A stretch of 64,000 nt of DNA from a virus (IMGVR_UViG_3300045988_079296:34613-98612); one strand, 5' to 3'; positions 40,139 to 50,537 are shown, numbered from the stretch's first letter. Notes: generated by a model not told the origin, from the sequence alone. Program-made: numbers and translations.

Positions 40139-41629
40139 CTATCTACTTATTTTAATTTGTTGTTTTATATCCTTATTAAACACATTTCCCCATACATATA
40201 CAAGGGAAGTCTTTGCCCTTGTAATAGCTACATACTTGAGATTATTTTCTTGCTCGTATTGCCAAGGTTGGGTTGCATACTTACTCGGTATCAGTTCAGG
40301 GGCAAGAAAGAATATCTTATCATTTTCCAACCCTTTCGCCTTATGTATCGTGCTTAGCAGTATTCCTTTAACCTCGTCAGAGAAAATATTGCTAATCAAA
40401 CTCCGTAGCTCCTTAACAGTATCTACTTCTTCACAAAGGCACTGAATAACTTCAATCTTTTGCATCAATGTCTCCATCTTCGGGTGCAAGCTCGGCTTCT
40501 TTACTCCACGTTGCTTTAGTTTGTTATGTAGATGCTCCTTCTCCAAGTCAAGATTTTTTAACAATCCGTCAACCGTTTTCCCTCCCGTCTTACTTATCAA
40601 CGCCAATATTCCTTCTCCGATTTCCTTGCCTCTTATCTTTGACTTAATCTTATTCTTCATCAGCCAAAGATATGCTTGTATCAACGGTTTCAAATTACGG
40701 CACAATATCCAATCTCCATAATCAAGCTCTAACAAACTTCCGTCTCTCACTTCTCCCTCAATAGCGTGCGGAGCATAAGAGATTTCAGGAACAATCTTTT
40801 GAGCTTCCTGAACGATACTCTTGGCGCAACGGTACGATACTGAAAGGGGCAGTTTGATTGCCCGTCCGTTTATCTCCGCAAGTCGCTCGTAGCTTTCGGC
40901 ATCCGCTCCAGCAAAACCATAAATTGCTTGTCGCTTATCTCCTACCGTTATCAACCTTCCATTCCTCGTCAAGCAACGCTTTATAAACTCATGTTGACAA
41001 CGGGAAAAGTCTTGGCTTTCATCGCAAAATACATACTCATACTTTCTAAAACGGATAGAGCCGTCAACAACGGGTTGATATATCATATCCATAAAGTCAA
41101 ACTGACTCTTATCCTTCTGCATGAGCGTGAATGCTTCCATTGCCACCTTCGCTTCTATCTCGGATATATTCAGGTCATAATGCTCCGCTATCCACTCAAT
41201 TGACTCTTGATTATTCTCCAAAAGGTTACAACGCAATAGGTCAAGAATTTTCGGTATGATAAAGAAGAACCAACCCCGTTGTTTATCTCCAATATCATCC
41301 TTCATTCGCTTCAATACTTGCTCCGTTTTAGCAATGCCCTTATTTGGGTTCATCTTCGCTCGGCTTCCGTATCGGCAGAGGATAGAACGCCAACCGCAAG
41401 AATGTATCGTCATTATCTCGGCATCCCTTCGGGTATTACGGTCTTTGAGCTCATCTACAATTGAGTTATTAAATGCAAGGAACAGGGAAGTTGCCTTGTC
41501 GGGAACGTATTTCAACAATTCCAATAACACGGTTGTCTTCCCTGAACCTGCAACAGCAGAAATATTTATATCTCGCTTAGTTAGCTTGAATGTTTTGTAA
41601 ATAGCTTCTTGATATTTACTCGGTTTCAT
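40139..41629 (-). CDS. UvrD/PcrA-like SF1 DNA helicase (copy 2)
   Basis: AVAGSGKTT, FCDESQDF, VGDKRQAIYGFAGA, LSVSYRC, LSTIHKAKGLE, KYVAITRAK. Clear paralog of 13728-15209. Confidence 0.9.
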   Translation of the reverse strand: MKPSKYQEAIYKTFKLTKRDINISAVAGSGKTTVLLELLKYVPDKATSLFLAFNNSIVDELKDRNTRRDAEIMTIHSCGWRSILCRYGSRAKMNPNKGIAKTEQVLKRMKDDIGDKQRGWFFFIIPKILDLLRCNLLENNQESIEWIAEHYDLNISEIEAKVAMEAFTLMQKDKSQFDFMDMIYQPVVDGSIRFRKYEYVFCDESQDFSRCQHEFIKRCLTRNGRLITVGDKRQAIYGFAGADAESYERLAEINGRAIKLPLSVSYRCAKSIVQEAQKIVPEISYAPHAIEGEVRDGSLLELDYGDWILCRNLKPLIQAYLWLMKNKIKSKIRGKEIGEGILALISKTGGKTVDGLLKNLDLEKEHLHNKLKQRGVKKPSLHPKMETLMQKIEVIQCLCEEVDTVKELRSLISNIFSDEVKGILLSTIHKAKGLENDKIFFLAPELIPSKYATQPWQYEQENNLKYVAITRAKTSLVYVWGNVFNKDIKQQIKISR

Positions 41630-41989
41630 TTACAATCTTCTTTTCTTCTCATCGCCCATTTGTTGCCATTTAAACCATACGGCATTCTTGTGGAACTGGC
41701 ATTGCACTACGGGTGAATCATCAATTACTTTGTTATACGCTGCAATGAATGAACTACGGTTCATGTAGTTCATCGCTTGCTTATTTAAGAACTCTGTAAT
41801 ATTAATGCCAGTTACCGTATTGAAGTCCACTGATTGGGCACTATTGAAGAATGACTCTGTCCACTCGTACACGCTGAAGAAAGCGCAAGAGTTATCGGGC
41901 AAGATAACTTGAAGGATAGCACAACCCTCCAATACCAATGATTCAATCGCTTTTTGGAATAGCGTAAAATCTACTTGTTGTTGATTCAT
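41630..41989 (-). CDS. hypothetical protein (119 aa)
   Basis: ATG-initiated, abuts the helicase start, ATGA overlap upstream. Confidence 0.6.
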   Translation of the reverse strand: MNQQQVDFTLFQKAIESLVLEGCAILQVILPDNSCAFFSVYEWTESFFNSAQSVDFNTVTGINITEFLNKQAMNYMNRSSFIAAYNKVIDDSPVVQCQFHKNAVWFKWQQMGDEKKRRL

Positions 41990-42609
41990 AATTCTCCTTT
42001 CTCTTGTAATTCAATTAACATTTCTTTTATATGCTTTAAACACTTGGAATATTCGGCAGATGTTACTTCGGGATTATCCCTCAAGAACTCGGATGTTTTC
42101 TGACCGTTCATTCGGCTGCGGCTTATCCTTATTTCAAGCTCCGTAAAATTCATATTTTCCATTAGAATTTCGGCTGTATTCGGCTTCTCATCTTCTCGTA
42201 GGTCGGGATGACAGACGGTGATTGCTTCGGTCAGTTCTACTTTGTCGTTGACCAACGCTCTCTGGTAGTGCTTGAAGAAATAACGGGATAACGCCTTGTT
42301 GTAATAGAAATAAAAACTATTGGATGGAAGCACTTTGTATTTTTCTACACATTTGTTGAATATCAAGAAGCACTCCGATACCAATTCATCCCTTTCAGGC
42401 AAATCGTCTTTCAACGGAGTATTCCCCAAAAGATTGAGAAAGTTAGTGACGTTCTTAACAACTATGTCTTTCATCATACGGAATACCAAATTTGAGAAAG
42501 CCAAACGCCTTCTCTCGGTATTACCGAACTTTATCATTACAATAAATTTATTGACCACCTTGGGTCTGTAATGATAATCAGTCTTAAATATTTCATGCTC
42601 CAATCCCAT
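41986..42609 (-). CDS. divergent sigma-70-like factor
   Basis: Region-2-like DELVSECFLIFNKCVEKYKV...FYFYYNKALSRYFFKHYQR and region-4-like FTELEIRISRSRMNGQKTSEFLRDNPEVTSAEYSKCLKHIKEML. Confidence 0.5.
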   Translation of the reverse strand: MGLEHEIFKTDYHYRPKVVNKFIVMIKFGNTERRRLAFSNLVFRMMKDIVVKNVTNFLNLLGNTPLKDDLPERDELVSECFLIFNKCVEKYKVLPSNSFYFYYNKALSRYFFKHYQRALVNDKVELTEAITVCHPDLREDEKPNTAEILMENMNFTELEIRISRSRMNGQKTSEFLRDNPEVTSAEYSKCLKHIKEMLIELQEKGEL

Positions 42610-42615
42610 AACGCT

Positions 42616-42954
42616 TTATTGACCTTTTTTGTACTTCTTCATTTGCTCCATTGCTTCGTGTAGTTGATGTTCTTTAAACGGCTTGACCTTCTTCTCATAA
42701 TGGTCATGAGAGCGTTTTTTAAGCATTTCCTGCTTTTGTTCTTTGGATGCTGAGCCGTACTTACCAACCTCAATATTTTTCTCGGATAGCGGAATATTTG
42801 CGTTTGGGTTTATTTCCTCACGTATCTCTCCGCACTTCGGACAAGGAGCAACTGTTGCTTGAAGATGTCCGTTGACAACTTTATACGTTACAGAGCTATA
42901 TTCATCTTCAACTCCACAACGTTCACAATTTTCGTTTCTACAAATAAATTTCAT
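42616..42954 (-). CDS. zinc-ribbon protein
   Basis: CRNENCERCG ... CPKCGE, then a K/E-rich tail. Confidence 0.6.
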   Translation of the reverse strand: MKFICRNENCERCGVEDEYSSVTYKVVNGHLQATVAPCPKCGEIREEINPNANIPLSEKNIEVGKYGSASKEQKQEMLKKRSHDHYEKKVKPFKEHQLHEAMEQMKKYKKGQ

Positions 42955-43463
42955 ATTTTCTCCTTAATTCTTGCATATTCAACAATCAAAAGAGCATCTG
43001 ATATGTCTAACCATTCGCCCTTCTTTACAATACCAAATTTAGCCCCAACGCTCGGATAGAGTTGTTGTGCTCGTTCCATTAATTTAGTTTTCCATTGGTT
43101 AGTAGTTTTCTTCCCTTTAGAACCAAGTTGCAAGGCTTTCTGCCATACTTGAGGCGGTGTTTCGATAGTCTTAATCTTTCTGCATAAAAGAGCCATTTCC
43201 AACCATCCAAAACCCTTTCCGAACGTAAACATAGCTTGACCGCCCTGACCTGGCATTCCTTGTACCTTTTCAAGATAGCAAATAGCATTCTTTTGATACT
43301 TAGAAATAACCAATAAGATACCCATTGGAGTTTCAGGCATCTTACCGACATATATAACTTCGTCTCGGTCTATCGAATAGACTACTATACCACCGTTCTT
43401 GCCAGGGTCAATTGCTATTATCTTCTTATCTTTCAGGTATTTAACCCAATCTTTATCCTCCAT
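42951..43463 (-). CDS. RuvC-like Holliday junction resolvase
   Basis: IIAIDPGKNGG (Asp 1), CYLEKV (Glu), WLDISDALLIVEYA (Asp 3/4), as in phage RuvC-family resolvases. Confidence 0.7.
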   Translation of the reverse strand: MEDKDWVKYLKDKKIIAIDPGKNGGIVVYSIDRDEVIYVGKMPETPMGILLVISKYQKNAICYLEKVQGMPGQGGQAMFTFGKGFGWLEMALLCRKIKTIETPPQVWQKALQLGSKGKKTTNQWKTKLMERAQQLYPSVGAKFGIVKKGEWLDISDALLIVEYARIKEKI

Positions 43464-43498
43464 CTATGATATAAGTTTACATGTTATACATTTAGGTA

Positions 43499-45370
43499 TT
43501 AACTTTGTAAATTTTCAACGTATCGTGCTATATTACGCTCCTTAACCACAAACAATTTATTCTCACTGTTGAAAGTTTCGGAGACGTTTTGGGTTATCAT
43601 GAGAATTGTAACGCCAAGTTTCTCGAATATCTTGATAATATTCTCTTGACCCTTTGAATCAACTCCGTGAAAGCATTCATCGAAACAAAGAAGGTTCAAG
43701 CCTTTTCCGTTCGTAGATAAATTGATAAGATGTTGTATTCCCAATACTCCTGCAAGGTTTACACGCCCTTTCTCACCTCCTGACTTAGCCTTGAAGGTCT
43801 CTGCCGTAGTTCCATCGGACTGGATAAATACGTCAATCTTTTCCCGAACCTCGCCAGACTTCAAGACGGTGAACCCCGATATACTTACAGACAAGTCAAC
43901 GTCAAACTTCCGAAGGAATGAATTTGTTATTCCCTCTATGACTTTGATACTCTTATTCGCAAGGTAGGTAGTAAAACCAGAACGCCCCATATGGAATTGC
44001 CAGAAACGTATCATATCCAACTCTTCCGTGAGCTTAGCAATCTGTTTTAGCTTCGGCTCAATCTCCGCTTCTGTTTGTTTAATCTTCTCTTGTACGGCTT
44101 TTAGTTGCTTGTTATCCTTCTTCCTTGTTTTTAGTTCTACCAACTCCATGCAAAGGTTGGTATCTTTATTCTTCAAGTCAACAACTTCTTCTTTCTTTCT
44201 TCGGAGCTTTCGTTCATATTGAGCTTTCTCTTCCTCTAAGTCATCAAGAAGTTCTTGACCTCGTTCGCCTTCTTCTATCTTTGTTTTGAGCTTCTTTAGC
44301 TTGACTCTTCTTGCTTCCAATTTCTTTTCAATCTTCGGCAAGGTTTGTTCCGCTTCCTTGATAAGCTCTCTTGCTTCTTCGGCTGATACGTCAAAGTCAT
44401 TTTCCTCAACAATCTCTTCTCCGCACTTCGGACAAACAACGACTTCATCCAATACTCCTTGAAGTTTCTTTTTGATAGTCTTTGTCTCTGAAAGTTCTTC
44501 CTCCAGTTCTTCTATCTCGGTACGGACTTGTTTGCGTTGCTTCTTTAACTCCGTTACATCTTCTACCGTAATAGCGGCAATTTGTTCCTCTCTTATCTGA
44601 ATTGACTTCTCCAACTTCTTGACTTGCGCTTCGGCTTCCGTCCGTTCTTCTCGTACCTCGTCAATCCTCCCGTTCAGTTCCTCTATAAGTTCATCGGTAT
44701 TGTCTTGTTTTACCAATTCCTCTGCTTGCTCTTCATAGATTTCCTTTCTCGTGGATAATTCCCCTACCTCGTCAGAAACAATCTTGTAATCTGCTTCTTT
44801 TTCTTTCAATCGCATCGAAAGTTCTTCCAAGACTGGATTAACCATATCGGCTGAGGTGATGCGGTTCATTATCTCCTTTTTGTCTCCGTCCGAAGCCGTG
44901 AAGAACGTGTACCGATTATCTTGGCTTATTATGAAGTAACGCAACAAGTCCTCTCGGTTAATTCCTATCAACTCATATACTCGGTCATTAGCTTCCGCAA
45001 CCTTCGTTATTTGCTTGTTGAGTTTATCATCTTCATACAACTCCACTTTAACGGGTTTGTTGCCTCGGTAAAACCTTCTTACAATTCGGAGCTTCTTTTT
45101 TAAGGTTGGATTGAATAGAGAAAAGTCCACGCAACATTCTTCTTCCTCTCGGTTGATGAATGCTTCCTTCTTAACCTCTCTCAAACTCTCGTTGGTAAGA
45201 GCTATGGCAATACCTTCAAGCAACGTTGTTTTCCCAGCTCCGTTATTCTCCATGCCACGGTCAGTGTTGTTTTTTCCGAAGATAACGGTACACTGGTTGT
45301 TCTTGAACTTATACTCGGAATATTTATGAGCAAACAAATTCTCAATCGTTATTTTATCAGGACACCACAT
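43499..45370 (-). CDS. Rad50/SbcC-like (T4 gp46-like) recombination ATPase
   Basis: Walker A NNGAGKTTLLEG, long coiled coil with a zinc-hook CPKCGE, ABC signature SGGEKGRVNLAG, Walker B LLCFDECFHGVD. Confidence 0.85.
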   Translation of the reverse strand: MWCPDKITIENLFAHKYSEYKFKNNQCTVIFGKNNTDRGMENNGAGKTTLLEGIAIALTNESLREVKKEAFINREEEECCVDFSLFNPTLKKKLRIVRRFYRGNKPVKVELYEDDKLNKQITKVAEANDRVYELIGINREDLLRYFIISQDNRYTFFTASDGDKKEIMNRITSADMVNPVLEELSMRLKEKEADYKIVSDEVGELSTRKEIYEEQAEELVKQDNTDELIEELNGRIDEVREERTEAEAQVKKLEKSIQIREEQIAAITVEDVTELKKQRKQVRTEIEELEEELSETKTIKKKLQGVLDEVVVCPKCGEEIVEENDFDVSAEEARELIKEAEQTLPKIEKKLEARRVKLKKLKTKIEEGERGQELLDDLEEEKAQYERKLRRKKEEVVDLKNKDTNLCMELVELKTRKKDNKQLKAVQEKIKQTEAEIEPKLKQIAKLTEELDMIRFWQFHMGRSGFTTYLANKSIKVIEGITNSFLRKFDVDLSVSISGFTVLKSGEVREKIDVFIQSDGTTAETFKAKSGGEKGRVNLAGVLGIQHLINLSTNGKGLNLLCFDECFHGVDSKGQENIIKIFEKLGVTILMITQNVSETFNSENKLFVVKERNIARYVENLQS

Positions 45371-46451
45371 ACTTAACTTGCTTTATCAAATCCAACCCAT
45401 ACTTGAACTTATCTCCCTTTATCTTGCTTTCGGAACAGAAGCGGATGAAGTCTTGCTTTAATGTTTTTGTATCGTAACTCAACACCTCTTCGTTTTCGCT
45501 TATCTCCATGGCTTCAATTTGTTCTTCGGCTTCAAATTTACAATCAATACCGTACTTGGTTTGTATTTCTACCATATTGATTTTATGAGCATCCGCTCTC
45601 TTACCCCGAAAAACGAACCTCACAAAGTCCTCCCGTTCTTCATCGCCATACTTCTCCAGTAAGTTCATCAACGTCTCTTTATCGTTTACGTCAATAGCCT
45701 CCTTGATATACTTCGGGAACTTAGACGGGATGAACTTCGTACTTCCATCGTCAAATATGACTGTGAAGCCTTTGTCTGTTATATTCTCGCCATAATTGTT
45801 CTGATAAGCCGAACCCGTATATATAACATTATCCGACAGCTTACTTGCGTTATGATAGTGACCAATCAGTACCTTAGTCCAATTCTCAAACATAGACGGC
45901 TTAATCAAAGACTTTACAGCCGTACCGTCATTGTTTAGAACTCCGTCAAACCCCGAATGAGTTATGAGTATTTTCGGATAACTCTCATCAATGTCTCCAT
46001 CTTTGTAGTTTTCCTCAATTTCCTCTTCTATCTTTTCAAATTCCTCCAACCACTTCTCGTCTTTGAAATAGGGAATGAACGCCAAAACCACCCCGCCAAT
46101 AATCCTGCGACTACCAGAGCGGTAAAGATGAACACACCGATCAGAATAAACATCCAAATAACTCTTCTCATCGTCTGAATCCGTTTTATCATGATTGCCT
46201 GGAATGAGGTGAATTTCCATTTCCGCTTCCTCAATCATTTGTAGTATTTCTTTCCAATCCGTTAAACAAGACAGAGGTTGCCCCGAACGGTTGGTGAATA
46301 TATCCCCTCCGCAAATTATACGGTCAGTTCCATAATCAATGCAAAGATTGATAAGCTGACTAAATATATATTTAACCAACTTACCATTATCTTTGTCCAA
46401 ATGTGGGTCATTGATAAGTATTCCAATTGCTTCTTTCTTACTTTTCTTCAT
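45357..46451 (-). CDS. Mre11/SbcD-like (T4 gp47-like) nuclease
   Basis: Calcineurin-like phosphoesterase motifs INDPHLD, CGGDIF, IPGNHDK, ITHSGFDG, IGHYHNA. Start choice is uncertain: ATG 46451 or 46484, tracked TTG 46502. Confidence 0.85.
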   Translation of the reverse strand: MKKSKKEAIGILINDPHLDKDNGKLVKYIFSQLINLCIDYGTDRIICGGDIFTNRSGQPLSCLTDWKEILQMIEEAEMEIHLIPGNHDKTDSDDEKSYLDVYSDRCVHLYRSGSRRIIGGVVLAFIPYFKDEKWLEEFEKIEEEIEENYKDGDIDESYPKILITHSGFDGVLNNDGTAVKSLIKPSMFENWTKVLIGHYHNASKLSDNVIYTGSAYQNNYGENITDKGFTVIFDDGSTKFIPSKFPKYIKEAIDVNDKETLMNLLEKYGDEEREDFVRFVFRGKRADAHKINMVEIQTKYGIDCKFEAEEQIEAMEISENEEVLSYDTKTLKQDFIRFCSESKIKGDKFKYGLDLIKQVKYVVS

Positions 46452-46467
46452 ACCCTTAATAACGCTG

Positions 46468-47598
46468 TTAATCCTCTTCTTCATCCTCCAATCCCTTGGC
46501 AAGTGAAGCCTTTAATTCAAGAAGGTCGTTTTGCATTGACTTCTTAATTTTAGCATGTAGGATTAGTAAGAACTTGTCGTGGTCTTGATACAACTGAAAT
46601 AACTCTCTCGGAGAACTCCATGAAAGTTTACCCTTCATGAACGTCATCTTCTTTGCCCCTTCTTTCTTCAATATACCTACCTCCAAGGCATAGTCAATAT
46701 CTTCTTGGGATAGGATAACTCCATAACCAAGCAATATTCGTATGTCGGTTGCTTTACGGCTTCCGAAGTCGTTTTTGACAACCTTTACTTTGGTTATCTG
46801 AGCAACCTCTACATCGTCCAGTTTCTCGGACTTAATAAGCGTTGTTGAAAGACGAATTGTTGGCATAAGTTCTACCCATTCACCTCCCGTACTTTTCTTG
46901 CTCTTGATAAATGAGCCAGGTGCGGTATTGTCGTATTGGTGATTAAGCATTACAAAATGTATAACATGAGAATACATTTCTGACGTGAGATATTTTGCGA
47001 ACTTCTTGGCTTCCTTGGCAAAAGCCATCATCTTCTCATTTTTCAACTCCAAGTCTTCAACGTCATCCCCCTTAGCAAGAGCTTTCTCCATTAACTTGAT
47101 ATTCTCTTCCATAGTGTCAAACTCCGCTTTCGACAAGGTAGCTCCAAGACTATCCCACATAAAGAAGAATTTTGGTTTTAACTTCTCCGCTTTCAAGACT
47201 TCGGTTGCATCGTTTATCAGCTTCTTAACAAGCATAAACATCGCTTCCACATACTTAATCTTGATTATGATTATCCGCTTTACTGGGATACCAAGTTGAA
47301 TAGCATAATCCTTATTGTCTCGGTTTTCGCTGGAAAGAATAACGGCAATGCCATCATCGGGGTTTTCCCTTAGAAAGTTCTTCATCGCCATAAGTCCTAT
47401 GGTTGTTTTACCGCTTCTACTTGGCCCAGCAATCTCTATTATTCCCGTAGGTAGTCCGAACGTGCGAAGGTTGTAATCAAGCGTAGGACTGCCTGTGTGT
47501 GCCCAGCTTTTGATTTCCTTGAATCCGTCCTTATCGGAGAACTTTATGACATCATCGGAGTTGAACCGCCCAACGATTTTATCAATTAATTTATTCAT
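46468..47598 (-). CDS. RecA/UvsX-like recombinase
   Basis: Walker A GPSRSGKTT and Walker B FFFMWDSLG. ATG 47598 follows TTGTAAAAC. The tracked TTG start lies in the upstream terminator. Confidence 0.75.
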   Translation of the reverse strand: MNKLIDKIVGRFNSDDVIKFSDKDGFKEIKSWAHTGSPTLDYNLRTFGLPTGIIEIAGPSRSGKTTIGLMAMKNFLRENPDDGIAVILSSENRDNKDYAIQLGIPVKRIIIIKIKYVEAMFMLVKKLINDATEVLKAEKLKPKFFFMWDSLGATLSKAEFDTMEENIKLMEKALAKGDDVEDLELKNEKMMAFAKEAKKFAKYLTSEMYSHVIHFVMLNHQYDNTAPGSFIKSKKSTGGEWVELMPTIRLSTTLIKSEKLDDVEVAQITKVKVVKNDFGSRKATDIRILLGYGVILSQEDIDYALEVGILKKEGAKKMTFMKGKLSWSSPRELFQLYQDHDKFLLILHAKIKKSMQNDLLELKASLAKGLEDEEED

Positions 47599-47611
47599 AA
47601 TATTTTGTTTT

Positions 47612-47649
47612 ACAAAAAGAGCCAACAATATATTGCTACTGTCGGCTCT
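47612..47649 (-). terminator. Rho-independent terminator after the gp32-like SSB gene
   Basis: Minus-strand AGAGCCGACA-loop-TGTTGGCTCT (10 bp, one G-U; plus 47618-47627 and 47640-47649). Followed by TTTTTG. Confidence 0.75.
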
Positions 47650-47675
47650 CTTTTTTAGTTATCAATATGAAGGAA

Positions 47676-49037
47676 TTATTTCTTGCCGTTCAACTTACTG
47701 CGAATGTCCTTCATTGTAAGTTTTGCTTTTGGCTTTTCTTCTTCCTCATCGTCCTCTTCTTCGGTTTCATCTTCACCCTCTTCGTCAGAGTCATCCATGG
47801 CTTCTCGGATAGCTTCACGCAGGTCATCGTCTGACATAGACTTCTTAACCGATACTTCCAAACCTTGCTCTTTTATGTACTTCTTGAGCTCGCTTCTGTC
47901 CATATCGTCCAAGCCGTCATCCTCCGCTTCTGTTTCCTCTTCTTCGCTCTCTTCCTCTTCGTCATCATCTTCTTCCTCGTCCTCTGGCTCTTCTACTTTC
48001 TTTTTGCCCTTCGGAGCTGCTTTGGAAGATTTCTTGGCGGGTTTTTCTTCCTCTTCTTCATCATCGCTGTCGTCCTCATCTTCTTCCTCTTCTTTCTTGG
48101 AAGTCTTTTTGGACGTTACTTTCTTTGAGGTTTTCTTTTTTGGCTTTTCTTCTTCCTCATCGTCCTCTGCGTCATATTGGGCTTTCACCTCTTCTACGAT
48201 AGCCAACCAATCTTCGTCCTCGAACATTTCCAGTTCATGTTCTTCGTCAAAGTTCTGCAAGCCTTCCAAAGCACGTTCAAAGTCTCTCATGCCGTAGGTC
48301 GGGATAACCTCTGAAAGTGGTTTAAGGGTCATGAAATACTCAATTTCCTCGTCTGTAAGAGGTCTTGGAGATACCTTTTTGGGGAAGGTAGTTTCATAGT
48401 AATTTTCGCCCTTCTTCTTGTTCGGCTTCTTCATGTACTTAACCATGATTGGCAAACCTTCATCGGGGTCAGTGAACGGGTCAACTTCAATCGGCTCGTC
48501 CTCATCTTCGGAGAATGCAAGTTTGTTCATCTGGTCACGAACCATTTTCTTGAACTCCCACAATTTAGCTCTCAACTCTTCGTCAGCCACTACCTTATCA
48601 GCGTAGCACAACCAAGTGTACTGCGGGCTCAATGAATCTTGTCCTGAGAAGCATTCCAATTTGTCCGCATCCTTCTTCCACTTGTTCTTAGCGAACTTGA
48701 TGAACTCGGCGCAAATATCCTTCTCCGTACCTCCGTGAACTACGGAGTCAAGAACCGTTCCACGTCCTTGTTCGCCATCGTTGCGTTCGTAGGTTATCCA
48801 GTAACACTTCTTGGCTACATAGAAGTTTTCCTCACCAGGGTGACCAGGGAAGATACGAATTTTGATTGTCTTACCGTCCTCCAAGTTCAGATACTCGTTA
48901 CTTTGAACGCCAACCATTTCGTTGTCTTCGTCCACTACCTTCTTCAATTTCTTGATTGAAGTAGGTTTTAATGCGGCTCTTAAATCACCGCCTTTTGATG
49001 CATTTTTCTTTGCCATAGCTTTCTTAAAATCTACCAT
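47676..49037 (-). CDS. gp32-like ssDNA-binding protein with long acidic/basic C-terminal extension
   Basis: The N-terminal 280 aa follow the T4 gp32 layout (GKTIKIRIFPG..., KLWEFKKMVRDQMNKL, IEVDPFTDPDEGLPIMVKYMKK). The C-terminus is polyampholyte with a HeH/Rho-N-like module DRSELKKYIKEQGLEVSVKKSMSDDDLREAIREAM. Strong terminator downstream. Confidence 0.55.
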   Translation of the reverse strand: MVDFKKAMAKKNASKGGDLRAALKPTSIKKLKKVVDEDNEMVGVQSNEYLNLEDGKTIKIRIFPGHPGEENFYVAKKCYWITYERNDGEQGRGTVLDSVVHGGTEKDICAEFIKFAKNKWKKDADKLECFSGQDSLSPQYTWLCYADKVVADEELRAKLWEFKKMVRDQMNKLAFSEDEDEPIEVDPFTDPDEGLPIMVKYMKKPNKKKGENYYETTFPKKVSPRPLTDEEIEYFMTLKPLSEVIPTYGMRDFERALEGLQNFDEEHELEMFEDEDWLAIVEEVKAQYDAEDDEEEEKPKKKTSKKVTSKKTSKKEEEEDEDDSDDEEEEEKPAKKSSKAAPKGKKKVEEPEDEEEDDDEEEESEEEETEAEDDGLDDMDRSELKKYIKEQGLEVSVKKSMSDDDLREAIREAMDDSDEEGEDETEEEDDEEEEKPKAKLTMKDIRSKLNGKK

Positions 49038-49052
49038 TTAAAATATTGTTAT

Positions 49053-49574
49053 TTAATCTCCAATCAGTTTTTTCGTTCTCTTTATAAGAACGTTGTTCAC
49101 TCTACCTTCGATAACTGAATCAGCAATATCTCCTTGCTGAACCGTCAAACTTAATTTATCCAGTTTCTCGGACTTATCCTTGGCTGACCAAAAGATAGAG
49201 TTCATATAATCTCTCGTCTTTTGTTTTTCAAGATAACTTCTGCGCATAGCTTGATAACCTTTCTCCAATAAAACCGCAGTATTGACTGCATCTACGCTCG
49301 GAGCTTTACCATTTCGGTCAGCAAGTTTGATACGCAAACTCTCCTTGAGTTTTGCTTCGGTTACTTCCAAGTTCAATTTAGCAAGAGCAACTTGATTTTC
49401 GGCTTCCGCAAGTAATTGACCAAAACGGTTTACAATGACTGGGAAGGTTATCATTTCGCCAATAAGGTTTGAATAATCAATCTTTAATAGGCTATCAACG
49501 TCCACATCCTCGTCAAATTCATCAAACTTCAAAACGTAGGTTTGACTGCCTATGGTAATTACTTTCTTGTCCAT
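49053..49574 (-). CDS. hypothetical protein, UvsY-like recombination mediator candidate
   Basis: 173 aa, helical. Sits directly upstream of the gp32-like and UvsX-like genes. Only weak resemblance to the UvsY layout. Confidence 0.3.
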   Translation of the reverse strand: MDKKVITIGSQTYVLKFDEFDEDVDVDSLLKIDYSNLIGEMITFPVIVNRFGQLLAEAENQVALAKLNLEVTEAKLKESLRIKLADRNGKAPSVDAVNTAVLLEKGYQAMRRSYLEKQKTRDYMNSIFWSAKDKSEKLDKLSLTVQQGDIADSVIEGRVNNVLIKRTKKLIGD

Positions 49575-49576
49575 AC

Positions 49577-49885
49577 TTATTCTTTTTCTTGTTCTTCTTT
49601 TTCCTCTTCTTCAAGAATGTGTAACCCGATAACGGCATAACCGATAATGTCCTTTAGAGTGTCTTGGATGCTCTCAAAATTCGGCTCTTCTCCCTTTAAT
49701 CGGTTTTCCACCATGTTTCTTAACCTTGATGTTTTGTCCCAAATATGAACCATGTTGCCGTTCATACCCAAATCAAAACTCGCTCCTTTGTAGTCTTTGT
49801 TTTTCTTTAACAAGATTTCAGTCATGCCATCAAAGATGCCATTGATACTTTCTCTCGTCATTTCTTCACCTTTCTTCTTACTCAT
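49577..49885 (-). CDS. DUF1599-like all-alpha protein (nucleotide-modification-associated family)
   Basis: KKNKDYKGASFDLGMNGNMVHIWDKTSRLRNMV matches the K..DYG...G....i.DK..R pattern I recall for DUF1599. Confidence 0.45.
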   Translation of the reverse strand: MSKKKGEEMTRESINGIFDGMTEILLKKNKDYKGASFDLGMNGNMVHIWDKTSRLRNMVENRLKGEEPNFESIQDTLKDIIGYAVIGLHILEEEEKEEQEKE

Positions 49886-50519
49886 CGTTAAATAAGTTTT
49901 TTAAATTATACAATTCGGTTATGTTAATCTCCACATCGGGGAAATTTATTTTCAAACTGTTTATAACAGCATCAACCGCTTTCGGGAAATTTTGTTTTGC
50001 TCTCTCCCATTGTTCATCCAATCCTCTATTACCCAATGAACGTTCTCTTTTCATATAGAAGTAAAGAGCCATCCAATCGCATAGTTTAGCGAACTTCTTT
50101 TCAGGCTCTGGGCAAGCGCAAACCATAGATAACATCATATTTGATGCATCGGTATCTGTTCCGTGTTCGTCTGTTTCCTTGAACTCCCTTAACGCTATAT
50201 GCTTTGATAGATTGTCAAGAACTCTTCTGACTTCCTCTCCGTTGTAGTCGTTATACTTAGTTTCATGGGACATATCCCGAAGTATCAATGCTTCATCCCA
50301 ATCGTGGAAGATAGCTCTTGAAACTACATCCAACTTAAACAATAATACCTTCGGGTCAATACTATGACCAAATACATCCTCCAATAAAACTCTTGCGAAT
50401 ACCGCATCTTTATAAGAGTGTTGACTCACGCTTTCTTCCTTGAAAACGTCCATTTCCTGCCACTGCTTAATATTATCAAGTCTGTGCAGATACTTACTTT
50501 TGATAATCTTGTTTAACAT
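49878..50519 (-). CDS. HD-domain phosphohydrolase (YfbR-like 5'-deoxynucleotidase-like)
   Basis: SVSQHSYKDAVFARVLL (His) and AIFHDWDEALILRDMSHETK (HD...E...D) fit the HD superfamily metal site. Preceded by the conserved leader motif. Confidence 0.6.
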   Translation of the reverse strand: MLNKIIKSKYLHRLDNIKQWQEMDVFKEESVSQHSYKDAVFARVLLEDVFGHSIDPKVLLFKLDVVSRAIFHDWDEALILRDMSHETKYNDYNGEEVRRVLDNLSKHIALREFKETDEHGTDTDASNMMLSMVCACPEPEKKFAKLCDWMALYFYMKRERSLGNRGLDEQWERAKQNFPKAVDAVINSLKINFPDVEINITELYNLKNLFNDE

Positions 50520-50521
50520 TT

Positions 50522-50537
50522 CAATTTGATTTACGAT
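50522..50537 (-). promoter_or_regulatory. conserved leader motif, variant (copy 5)
   Basis: Minus strand ATCGTAAATCAAATTG, 2 nt before ATG 50519. The TAA inside the motif is the dnaE stop codon. Confidence 0.45.

Noticed and set aside
47683-48297. 204-aa Ser-rich plus-strand ORF (and 47865-48128)
   Set aside because: It is the antisense reading of the GAA/GAG/GAT-rich acidic tail of the gp32-like gene (TTC/CTC/ATC read as S/F/L). It has no start context and runs against the transcription direction of the whole window.
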